Source: Thermoproteota archaeon (GTDB lineage Archaea; Korarchaeota; Korarchaeia; B14-G2). From it: DNA of 64,000 bases. The notes below the pieces were generated by a model. That model saw only the letters and a program-made list of their open reading frames with translations. It was not told where the DNA came from and did not search any database. Made by a program: the position numbers and the translations under genes. Every line of letters begins with the position of its first letter. Within the stretch, counting starts at the first letter, position 1. The stretch covers positions 32,001 to 96,000 of the forward strand of contig JAVCBW010000025.1 of assembly GCA_037917675.1 (NCBI GenBank), in the 5' to 3' direction. This document shows positions 47,853-56,190 of this stretch, in pieces.

Positions 47853-47860
47853 CTCCTAAG

Positions 47861-47973
47861 CGGGCCCGGCGGGACTTGAACCCGCGCACATGGCTTTCTT
47901 CAGCCACCGGAGGCCACCGCTCTACTCTATCTATGAGCCTCTTTCGAGAGGATCCTAGCTGAGCTACGGGCCC
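47861..47973 (-). tRNA. tRNA-Arg(CCG) with two introns: about 28 nt in D-loop and 11 nt at 37/38
   Basis: GCTAGGA^TCCTCTCGAAAGAGGCTCATAGATAGAG^TAGAGC; GTGGC-CTCCGG^TGGCTGAAGAA^A-GCCAT. Confidence 0.85.
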
Positions 47974-48021
47974 TATCTTTAAATCTCTCCTAGGGTCGTA
48001 ATAAGATTTCTGGGGGGTTCT

Positions 48022-49368
48022 ATGAGTAGTCTTTGGAGACGTATTGGTGCACACAGCCATATCAGGGGGCTTGGTGTTGAGGGTATAGAGCCTAAGCCCA
48101 TTGCTGACGGGATGGTTGGGCAGATTAAGGCTAGGAAGGCTGCGGCAATAATAGCTAAAATGATTTCAAGAGGAGTAATGGCTGGAAGAGCTATATTGCT
48201 TGCCGGGCCTCCAGGAACAGGTAAGACGTCGATTGCTGTTGGATTGGCTAAGGAGCTGGGAGTAGATGTCCCATTTGTCCAGATATCTGGTAGTGAGATA
48301 TACAGCAGCGAGCTCAAGAAGACAGAGGTTCTCATGAGAGCCATGAGGAAGGCTATTGGAATTAAGATACATGAGCGAAGGAAGATCTATGAGGGAGTTG
48401 TTGTAGAGCTCAATATCAACATGGTTCAAAGCCCATATAACCCGTATCAGAGGATCCCAGAATCCGTGAGATTGACTCTCAGAGCAGGAGAGGAGAGAGA
48501 GAAGCTTAGGGGAGATAGGAGTATAGCTGAGCAGATTATAGCACAGGGCATATCAGAGGGAGATGTCATAATGATAGATTCTGAGACTGGAAGAGTCATT
48601 AGAGCAGGGAGATGCAGCGAGTACGCAGAGGAAAAATATGAGGTAAGCAGTGAAAAGCTTGTTCCAGTACCTCCTCCACCAGTGCTTAAAGAGAAGGAGT
48701 TCGTATATACGATGACCCTCCATGACTTGGATGAAATGGAGGCTGGACGGTCTAGAGGAGTATTTAGCTTGCTATTCGGTGGGGGAGAAGAGAAGGAGAT
48801 AAGCCCTGATGTGAGAGCTGCTGTCGATGAGCGGGTGAAAAAGCTTGTAGAGAACAGGGGGGGAGATAGATGGGCGGAAATAGTGCCAGGGGTCCTCTTC
48901 ATAGAGGAAGGACACATGCTCGATATAGAGGCTTTCTGCTTCCTCAACAGAGCTATTGAAAGCGAGCTGGCACCGATAGTCATAATAACAACAAACAGGG
49001 GGGTGACTAAGATCAGAGGAACCGACATAGAAGCACCACATGGAATGCCTCTTGACTTACTGGATAGACTATTCATAATAACAACAGATACCTATAGCGA
49101 GGAAGAAGTAGAGGCTATCATAAAAGAGAGAGTCAAAGTGGAGGGAGTCAGGATGGATGATGAGGCACTTGCAGTCCTAACTAAGCTTGGGGTTGAAAAA
49201 TCGCTAAGGTATGCCATCCAGCTTATAGCACCAGCATATGAAGTAGCTAGAGCTAAAGGAAGAGACGTAATAGTCAGAGATGATGTTGAAGATGTCGCAG
49301 AGCTCTTCTCAGATGTCAAGAGGAGCGTGAGCCACCTTAAGAAGTATGAGAGGGAGCTTCTAGCATAG
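48022..49368 (+). CDS. tip49: TIP49/RuvBL-type AAA+ ATPase
   Basis: GAHSHIRGLG, GPPGTGKT, GSEIYSSE, TLHDLD, PHGMPLDLLDR, SLRYA. Confidence 0.96.
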   Translation: MSSLWRRIGAHSHIRGLGVEGIEPKPIADGMVGQIKARKAAAIIAKMISRGVMAGRAILLAGPPGTGKTSIAVGLAKELGVDVPFVQISGSEIYSSELKKTEVLMRAMRKAIGIKIHERRKIYEGVVVELNINMVQSPYNPYQRIPESVRLTLRAGEEREKLRGDRSIAEQIIAQGISEGDVIMIDSETGRVIRAGRCSEYAEEKYEVSSEKLVPVPPPPVLKEKEFVYTMTLHDLDEMEAGRSRGVFSLLFGGGEEKEISPDVRAAVDERVKKLVENRGGDRWAEIVPGVLFIEEGHMLDIEAFCFLNRAIESELAPIVIITTNRGVTKIRGTDIEAPHGMPLDLLDRLFIITTDTYSEEEVEAIIKERVKVEGVRMDDEALAVLTKLGVEKSLRYAIQLIAPAYEVARAKGRDVIVRDDVEDVAELFSDVKRSVSHLKKYERELLA

Positions 49369-49375
49369 TGGTAAG

Positions 49376-50068
49376 ATGAAAGCTGTAGTGCTTCTCGGAG
49401 GAGCATTCTTCAAAGGGAGAGGGGCGGCAGATAGGCTGAGAGAGCTCTGTGACACCATATTTACTGCATTTATTGAAGGATATAGGCTTGGAGTAGTAGC
49501 AGGCGGCGGTGAGCTAGCACGAAAGTACATTAAGCTGGGAAGGGAGCTTGGACTCAATGAGTGTATGCTGGATCTCATAGGGATAGAAGCTACTAGAATG
49601 CATGCGCTACTTGTGTTCTACTTACTTAGAGATAGGGTTCCTACCAGATTTCTGTGGAGCATTGAAGACATACACGAGCTAAGGGGGGAGATTGCTGTTT
49701 GCGGAGGCATCTCACCAGGCCATTCAACAGATGCTACCGCAGCTCTGTTAGCAGAGGCCCTTGGAGCAAAGCTGGTCATAAAACTCACAGAGAGCGGAGG
49801 AGTATATAGTCGATGTGAGATGGGAGAAGGCACCATATTGAAGGAAGTCACTACCGAAGAGGTGAGAAGGATACTAAAGGGTTCTGGAAAGAAAGCAGGA
49901 GAATATGAGCTATTAGACCATGTTGCAATCAATATCATCGAGAGATCTCAGCAGGAATGGAGAATAGTGCCGGCAAGTAAGCCAGGGATTGTGCTTGATA
50001 TATTAAGGGGGAGAGGAGAGGTGGGTACAAGAGTTGTAGTAGGGGGGGGTCTTGAGGAGAAAGAGTAA
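49376..50068 (+). CDS. pyrH: Uridylate kinase
   Basis: VVAGGGELARKYI, DLIGIEATRMHA, PGHSTDA, AGEYELLD. Confidence 0.9.
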   Translation: MKAVVLLGGAFFKGRGAADRLRELCDTIFTAFIEGYRLGVVAGGGELARKYIKLGRELGLNECMLDLIGIEATRMHALLVFYLLRDRVPTRFLWSIEDIHELRGEIAVCGGISPGHSTDATAALLAEALGAKLVIKLTESGGVYSRCEMGEGTILKEVTTEEVRRILKGSGKKAGEYELLDHVAINIIERSQQEWRIVPASKPGIVLDILRGRGEVGTRVVVGGGLEEKE

Positions 50069-50378
50069 GAAACCTAGCGTAGTAGGCTATGTCATATCTG
50101 AAATCTTTTATGGTGCAGTGTTGGCAGCAATAGCCTTTGGAGTGTCCTTTGCTATCGGAGAGTATGGGGTATGGGTCTCACATCTCTGGATGCTTAGCAG
50201 AGAAAAGACAATGAGGATATTTTATCTCCTCATAGTGGCCATATCCTCGTTTTTCCTGATAATACCGCTCTACAATAAGAGGTACATGCAGCTCTTTGGA
50301 AGCTTAATTGTTCTAGCAGCCCTGTGGGCATTAGCACTTAGAACCTTGGATCCAGTAGCGCTAATATTTGGAGGATAG
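50052..50378 (+). CDS. Small hypothetical membrane protein (3 TM)
   Basis: Three hydrophobic segments; overlaps pyrH stop. Confidence 0.6.
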   Translation: MRRKSKKPSVVGYVISEIFYGAVLAAIAFGVSFAIGEYGVWVSHLWMLSREKTMRIFYLLIVAISSFFLIIPLYNKRYMQLFGSLIVLAALWALALRTLDPVALIFGG

Positions 50379-50463
50379 TGCTCCGGGCGGGATTCGAACC
50401 CGCGCTAGCGGCTTTCTCCTTCTCGAGAGGCCGCCGTGCTTGGCCTGGCTACACTACCGGAGC
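50379..50463 (-). tRNA. tRNA-Glu(CTC) with 10-nt intron at 37/38 (50414-50423)
   Basis: GCTCCGGTAGTGTAG..; GCGGC-CTCTCG^AGAAGGAGAA^A-GCCGC; helix CUCU/GGAG. Confidence 0.88.
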
Positions 50464-50508
50464 ACCTATGCTTACTCTGAGCGGAGGTTCTTAAACTTGT
50501 CGATCTCT

Positions 50509-51078
50509 GTGAGAAGACTTTGTGTAACTGGAACACCAGGAGTAGGAAAGACCACTGTTAGCCTCAGGTTAGCAGAAGCCATAGGTGTTAGGTATATAGA
50601 TCTTGGTGATCTCGTTATTAGACGTGGCTGGATATGTGGATATAACTACGCGAGAAAGAGTTTTGTAGTAGATGATAAGCTACAGAACCAACTTAAACGA
50701 TATCTTATAGAAGTTAGGGAGTATGTTATAGACACTCACTACTGTGAGCTTATTCCTTCAGAGTGTATAGATGTAGTAGTAGTGCTCAGGTTTAATCCAA
50801 AGCTACTTTTTGAGAGACTCTCTAAAAGGGGATATGGTATCAGGAAGATATGTGAGAACACACTAGCTGAGTTGCTGGACTACTGTCTGATAGCTGCTAT
50901 AGAAGCCCATGGGAAAGATAAGGTTATTGAGGTGGATGCAACTGGAAAGAAAGCTGATGACATAGTAAATGAAATACTCAGAGTGGCTTCTAGGGGAGAG
51001 AGAAAGGTAGGTGTGGTTAACTGGCTTCAGGAGGTTGATAGTGAGTTTTTATCAAAACTGGAGCAGGGGCTTGAATAG
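50509..51078 (+). CDS. AK6/Fap7-type adenylate kinase
   Basis: VTGTPGVGKTT, VIDTH, VVVLR..L.ERL.KRGY..KI.EN..E. Confidence 0.9.
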   Translation: MRRLCVTGTPGVGKTTVSLRLAEAIGVRYIDLGDLVIRRGWICGYNYARKSFVVDDKLQNQLKRYLIEVREYVIDTHYCELIPSECIDVVVVLRFNPKLLFERLSKRGYGIRKICENTLAELLDYCLIAAIEAHGKDKVIEVDATGKKADDIVNEILRVASRGERKVGVVNWLQEVDSEFLSKLEQGLE

Positions 51079-52813
51079 TCTTGACGAAAGCCCACCCAGC
51101 CCTCAGGCTCACTAGCATCTTAGATGTAGAGGACGATACTGCTAGTATCTTAGATGCCACCTTGATATCATCTAGGGAAGCCTGACGTAATATCACTTTA
51201 GTTCCGGTGTTTTGAAGTATTGCAGTGGATAATCTTGAAAGAGATTGCGCAGTCATTATCAGACAGACACCAAATTTCCTAGCTTCAGATACAAGATAGT
51301 CTATTATCGAGAGGTCGTTCTGGCCATACTCAGGGGAGATCTTCTCAACTTCCTCTAGAAGCACAGCTAGCCGTAGGTTAGCTGTCTCACCAGATAACTT
51401 TATGGCATCATATATGTACCGTAGAATTAAGTAGACGAGGAGCTTTCTAAGCTCGCTGGAAAACACTGTGGAGAGATCTATGATACAAGGCTTTGACGAG
51501 AGCACATCCCATTCGATGGAGCCTGAGGAAAACAACTTAGCTCCTTGGCCTCTGGTGAATTTTGTAAGCTTACGAAGAAGAGCCATCTTGGTCTCATATT
51601 CTGCATAGCTTTTCACACTGAGGGATTCTATGGCATCAACTAGCTTCCCTATAGAGGGATTATCAGACTTCGCTACTGCTTCGAGAGTTTTAGAAAGCAT
51701 AACGGACTGTGGGAGGGTTAGATCTAAGACCTCAGTGAAGACATCTACTATGAATTCAGCGTATTCGCTGCTATATCCAGTAAAAGGGTTTGCTAGCAGA
51801 TTTATCTTAAGGGATCCATCTTCTATGGACAATTTCATGAAGCCAGATAGATCTCTGTACTCTCCATGTAGGTCGAACACTAAGACAGGCACGTTGAGCT
51901 TGGTAAGCTGTAAGATTAAGCACTTAGCTAGTGTTGTCTTTCCTGATCCTGTAGCACCAGCTATTAGTATGTGAGACAATAGTTCTTGTAATGGAAGCAG
52001 GTAGTCTATCGGTGATGATATCACAGGGATGCATGTACCTAAACTTACTGCTGGCCCCTTTGGAGCTGGTGGGGGGGCTACTGTCCTAGAGCCGCCTATA
52101 TCAGAGAGCTTTTGAGCAGGGATATCCAGTGGAAGCAGCAAGCTGAATCTTTCAATAGGTGATTGAAAATCCAAAGATTGAGAGTGGGTATACAGAGGGC
52201 ATAGTACAGCTTGCAAATCTCTGATTGAAATAAGTTCAAACTTGAATTCAGGATAGAAGCTTGACATGATTGATAACATAATGTCTAAAGCAGTTGAGAC
52301 CTCCTCAATGGACTTGTAGCCAACATATTTGGACCATAAGATCAAGGCAACATCCATGCAAGCTACTTTATCGCCTACTATCCTCGGAATGCTCTTTGAA
52401 GATATTGTTAGAGTATACATTATGTTTAAAGACGATCTCTCGACGATGCTGGCCATAGATGATAATACAGGAAGCTTATCTACTCTTCTATGCGCATTCT
52501 CTGCTTCAGCTGCATCACTGATAGACGCTACTCGGATACCAGCTACAACATACTTTTTCCCATCTAGTTCTACTAGAAAAACACCATCAACGTTTTTCAG
52601 GATAGAGAGGGAAGATGCTGACAGCATTCTGTAGAACCCTACCTTAGCTAACAGAGCGAATAGAGCACCTACGGGGAGTAATATGTATAGAAACGCCTTC
52701 TTGAGGCCGAGTGTGACTTGTATACCGGACTTAGATAGGTATATGAGAATAGCTACCACTACAAGCAGAGAAAATATAGCAAGCTCTACTTTGCTTACCT
52801 CCTTCTGAGTCAA
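51017..52813 (-). CDS. Membrane-anchored HerA/VirB4-like ATPase (CedB-like)
   Basis: Two N-terminal TM helices; HILIAGATGSGKT, VFDLHGEY, LLEEVE, EARKFG, TAQS. Confidence 0.75.
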   Translation of the reverse strand: MTQKEVSKVELAIFSLLVVVAILIYLSKSGIQVTLGLKKAFLYILLPVGALFALLAKVGFYRMLSASSLSILKNVDGVFLVELDGKKYVVAGIRVASISDAAEAENAHRRVDKLPVLSSMASIVERSSLNIMYTLTISSKSIPRIVGDKVACMDVALILWSKYVGYKSIEEVSTALDIMLSIMSSFYPEFKFELISIRDLQAVLCPLYTHSQSLDFQSPIERFSLLLPLDIPAQKLSDIGGSRTVAPPPAPKGPAVSLGTCIPVISSPIDYLLPLQELLSHILIAGATGSGKTTLAKCLILQLTKLNVPVLVFDLHGEYRDLSGFMKLSIEDGSLKINLLANPFTGYSSEYAEFIVDVFTEVLDLTLPQSVMLSKTLEAVAKSDNPSIGKLVDAIESLSVKSYAEYETKMALLRKLTKFTRGQGAKLFSSGSIEWDVLSSKPCIIDLSTVFSSELRKLLVYLILRYIYDAIKLSGETANLRLAVLLEEVEKISPEYGQNDLSIIDYLVSEARKFGVCLIMTAQSLSRLSTAILQNTGTKVILRQASLDDIKVASKILAVSSSTSKMLVSLRAGWAFVKTIQAPAPVLIKTHYQPPEAS

Positions 52814-52815
52814 TG

Positions 52816-53643
52816 CTACTCACAGCTAGATATGATGCCTGATAAAGCCTTCATGTGGTCGTGTAAGGAAGACATATGTAATTCTGCTAACTTACATAGC
52901 ATAGACTGAGTTATTGCACCTCGTTTCCTTCCCCTTAGCTTCCTCAGCACTGTCGAGTAGGATAGATATACTACTGCTGCTGCGATGGCACTAGGCCTTT
53001 TACCAACGTAATATGACTTAGGGACCTTTGCTGCCATCTTAAAAGCTTCCCTCCTGACTATAGGTAGTAATTTGAGATCCTCATTAGATCTCTTTAATGA
53101 CAGTATATGCTCTATTTTCGAGAGCAAATTTTCAACATACAATGGGAGCATAGGTGGGTTAACTCTGGAAATTGAGTTATATGCCATTAGATTCCTCATC
53201 AGAGTTCTAACTTTGATTCTTCTGCCCATTTCTGAGACAAGAGGCACGACATCAGAGATTTTAATCGGTTGAAGCCCTCCTACCTCCCTAACTGCAGCCA
53301 ATATGGAGACAATAGCTATATATGTTGAGTTAGTGAACTTGCTTCGATGGTAAGTGATTAAGTAGGAAGCTGTTTCAAGAGCTTTATCTCGCACAGCCCT
53401 TGATAAGGATAGCGAGTCGCAAACATATTTTATTACTGTATTAGTCCTATAAACAGCCTTCCTATAGGCATTTCCATTCGATTTAGACTCCATTGGTTTA
53501 AATGATCTATAATGATTCATATTGAAGTAGGATATACTTGACATATCACGCCTTAAGACTTCATCTATCACCAATCCACAGTTTGGGCATATTATCTCAA
53601 AGCCTTGTACAACACACTCTACACCACAGTTTGGGCAAGACAT
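52816..53643 (-). CDS. Divergent TFB (TFIIB) paralog
   Basis: CPNCG..IICPNCGLVIDE Zn ribbon; cyclin folds (GKRPSAIAAAVVY, ITQ); no recognisable B-reader. Confidence 0.8.
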   Translation of the reverse strand: MSCPNCGVECVVQGFEIICPNCGLVIDEVLRRDMSSISYFNMNHYRSFKPMESKSNGNAYRKAVYRTNTVIKYVCDSLSLSRAVRDKALETASYLITYHRSKFTNSTYIAIVSILAAVREVGGLQPIKISDVVPLVSEMGRRIKVRTLMRNLMAYNSISRVNPPMLPLYVENLLSKIEHILSLKRSNEDLKLLPIVRREAFKMAAKVPKSYYVGKRPSAIAAAVVYLSYSTVLRKLRGRKRGAITQSMLCKLAELHMSSLHDHMKALSGIISSCE

Positions 53644-53771
53644 CTAAGCTACACACCAGCTGCCACCATGTATCAGGTTGTTTTAATTAATTTAATATGT
53701 TTCTTTCAATAAATCCTTCAGTTTAACTAGGGGAGAGTATAGATATGTAATAACTCCTATATTTAGGGGTA

Positions 53772-54161
53772 TTACTTGGGAGCAATGCTCAGAAAGTTCC
53801 CTCTTAGAATAAGGTATATGTGGTTGCCTTCCCTGAGATCAATAATAGGTAATTTGCCGACGGCCAGGAAAAGCAGCCCTCCTATAGACGCAAGAATCTG
53901 CGTTTCTTTCTTATCGTGCCTAATTCTATAGACTATCCCACGAACGACAACTCTCTGCTCTCTACTTGGCTCAGGTCTTGATTTCGTTATGATCAACTCA
54001 CCCTGCTCACCTACCTTATATATGGCTAAGTTACGAGGTAGCTCCAGTTTGAAGGCACATGGCTCATCTACGGCTTTAAAGTTCAAAACATCAATATCAT
54101 AATCAGGAGAGAGCTCAATGTGGTCTAGCACCACCTTCCATCTCATCATCTGAAACCCCAC
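53772..54161 (-). CDS. rpo8: RNA polymerase subunit Rpo8 (G, Rpb8 ortholog)
   Basis: GIVYRI....ASIGGLL...G...L.EGNHIYL pattern of the Rpb8 OB fold. Confidence 0.75.
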   Translation of the reverse strand: MGFQMMRWKVVLDHIELSPDYDIDVLNFKAVDEPCAFKLELPRNLAIYKVGEQGELIITKSRPEPSREQRVVVRGIVYRIRHDKKETQILASIGGLLFLAVGKLPIIDLREGNHIYLILRGNFLSIAPK

Positions 54162-54202
54162 AAGGTATTAATCTACAGGACCAGTTACCTACGGGTGGTA
54201 GC

Positions 54203-54631
54203 TTGGAAAGCCCGAGGAGAAGCTTCCTTAAAGAACTTTTGCAGCTAATAGGAGAGACTGTGACAGTGTTTACAAATGGTGAAAGAATAGAAGGAGTTCT
54301 TCTGGGAGTAGATACAGGTAGCATGAGCGTTTGCTTAGCTAATGCAACAACAGAAAAGGGGAAGTTCCATAGACTAATAGTTCCAGGAAGCAACATTAGG
54401 AGTATAGCGAAGATAGAGGCTTCCCTTGATATGAAGAAGCTATATGATGAGATAAAAAAGAAGTTTGATCCAGATCTCATCGAATATGACCAGAGTAAAG
54501 GTGAAATAAGAGTGCTTCAAGGTAGGGTGATCGTCACGAAGAGAGGAGTAGCATCTGAGAAGAAGGATAGGATATATGAGATGGTTAAGAAAATTTACGA
54601 TAAGTTCGTTGAAGAAAGCGAGAGGAGCTAG
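54203..54631 (+). CDS. Sm-like protein with C-terminal domain (SmAP3 type)
   Basis: LIGETVTV..G..IEGVLLGVD..MSVCL.NA; IVPGSNIRSI plus extension. Confidence 0.82.
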   Translation: MESPRRSFLKELLQLIGETVTVFTNGERIEGVLLGVDTGSMSVCLANATTEKGKFHRLIVPGSNIRSIAKIEASLDMKKLYDEIKKKFDPDLIEYDQSKGEIRVLQGRVIVTKRGVASEKKDRIYEMVKKIYDKFVEESERS

Positions 54632-54639
54632 CTTCCAGC

Positions 54640-54942
54640 TTATAGCCGGACTCTTCCACTCTTTTTGATTATATAAAGCTTCAACAGCTTTTCATCAAGT
54701 ATTATAGTATGTGATATCTTCTTAACAAGCTTAAAGGGAATGAAAACGCAGCCCTCTTTATCTCTTCTGAAGAAAGTAAGAATCTCAGCAGTTTCAGGTT
54801 CATCGAGCTCTGGCTCACATACTATGCTTAGTATCTCTCCAGTAAGCTCATTAACAACAAGATCCCTTAACCTGCCTATCAAACGGCCATCATCTGTTAG
54901 AATTTGGAGATCCTTTAACCTACCGACAGAGAACCTTGGCAT
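54640..54942 (-). CDS. PRC-barrel domain protein
   Basis: ILTDDGRLIGRLRDLVVN..TGEI; IPFKLVKKISHTII. Confidence 0.85.
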   Translation of the reverse strand: MPRFSVGRLKDLQILTDDGRLIGRLRDLVVNELTGEILSIVCEPELDEPETAEILTFFRRDKEGCVFIPFKLVKKISHTIILDEKLLKLYIIKKSGRVRL

Positions 54943-54964
54943 TCACACTACACCTCCAGCCTAG

Positions 54965-55049
54965 TGGGCCGGGAGGGACTCGAACCCTCGACCTCCGCCT
55001 CGTCAGGACGGCTTCATGCCACTGAGTCATACCCCTAGACCACCGGCCC
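54965..55049 (-). tRNA. tRNA-Val(GAC) with 13-nt intron at 25/26
   Basis: TATGAC^TCAGTGGCATGAA^GCCGTCCTGACGAGGCGG. Confidence 0.9.
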
Positions 55050-55129
55050 ACAAGGAGTTTCTAGGATAAGCATGTTAAAAAGGTTTCAGTTTTTGGGTTC
55101 CAGCTCTAGGGGCCAGCTTTAGAGAAATA

Positions 55130-55220
55130 TGGTGGACCGGGCGGGATTTGAACCCGCAACCTCCGCGACTATGCCTACATGATGCCAACGCGGCGCGCTA
55201 CCAGGTTGCGCCACCGGCCC
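55130..55220 (-). tRNA. tRNA-Ala(GGC) with 14-nt anticodon-loop intron; CCA encoded
   Basis: G3:U70; CCGCG-TTGGCA^TCATGTAGGCATAG^T-CGCGG (exact site uncertain). Confidence 0.87.
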
Positions 55221-55280
55221 AGTAGTAAGTTACTTAGAAGACCAGTCTTAAACTTTTCCGTCAAGCAAGGAAGTTAAAAG

Positions 55281-55475
55281 CTACCACAGCCTCCTTCTTG
55301 TCAATGTGTCCTTGTTCTGCCACCGGTACTTCCTTATTCTCTTAAGCCTACCATAACCACAGGCAGCACAGACCCTTCTTGTAACATGGTATGCGTGCCT
55401 GCCACATCTCCTACATCTTATGTGAGTTCTCCCTTTAGACCTCTTTCCCATGGATGGGGTTCCTTTTACCATCAC
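55281..55475 (-). CDS. rpl37e: 50S ribosomal protein eL37
   Basis: [25 protein letters not shown]. Confidence 0.97.
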   Translation of the reverse strand: MMVKGTPSMGKRSKGRTHIRCRRCGRHAYHVTRRVCAACGYGRLKRIRKYRWQNKDTLTRRRLW

Positions 55476-55727
55476 CTACCCCTCAACAGGCGATACTAAC
55501 ACGACATTATCTCCTCTTATTATGATTCTCCCCAAGTGTCTGGAGGGGTCAAGCTGTACAGGATCTTCTCCAGGCCTCCCTATTGCTAGCTCCTCTGCTC
55601 TATCTAATACTATGTTAAGGTGATTATCAAATGAAATAAAGAGCCCTCTTACAACCCCCCCACCTCTGAGCACAACTAAGACTTGTTTGCCAGTGTAGGA
55701 TTCTAGCTGAGTCGCTGGTTCACTCAA
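55476..55727 (-). CDS. Sm-like protein SmAP1 (Lsm)
   Basis: G.FISFDNHLNIVL..AEE, IIRGDNVV; upstream of eL37. Confidence 0.93.
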   Translation of the reverse strand: MSEPATQLESYTGKQVLVVLRGGGVVRGLFISFDNHLNIVLDRAEELAIGRPGEDPVQLDPSRHLGRIIIRGDNVVLVSPVEG

Positions 55728-55809
55728 GCGAGCACACCACTGTTGAGGTCTTCAGGGGAATTAATAAACTAGAGGGATAGGAATTTAAGTAATAGAGCAC
55801 CAGCAGATT

Positions 55810-56190
55810 GTGGCTGAGATGATGAGAATACTTAAGAAAATTTTTTCAAGGAGAGAGGAAGAGATGGAAGTCGAGGAGAGGAGAGAAGACAGTGCCCTAG
55901 AGCTTGCATATGATGCAGTAGTAGTTATCAAGCCCATGAAACTAAGGGACATAACTGATGTAGATAACATAGTGGAGGAAGTTAGGAGCGGGAATATCTT
56001 ACTAATAGACATAGCTCCACTTGCAGAAAGAAACCCAGAGGAGCTACAGAGCGCAGTAAAACAAATAAAAACGCTACTATCCACGATGGGGGGAGAGCTA
56101 GTTGCCCATCAGCATAAGTCAGAGTATCCCATCCTACTAGCTACACCATCATTCGTTAAGGTGTGGAGAAGAGGGAGAGAAAGAAGTTAG
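55810..56190 (+). CDS. sepF: Cell division protein SepF (archaeal type)
   Basis: DVDNIVEEVRSGNILLIDI.PL, GGELV, ILLATPSFVKV. Confidence 0.85.
   Translation: MAEMMRILKKIFSRREEEMEVEERREDSALELAYDAVVVIKPMKLRDITDVDNIVEEVRSGNILLIDIAPLAERNPEELQSAVKQIKTLLSTMGGELVAHQHKSEYPILLATPSFVKVWRRGRERS

Noticed and set aside
55530-55600. In-frame intron in the SmAP1 loop insertion
   Set aside because: No BHB geometry, and loop L4 of Sm proteins is naturally variable.
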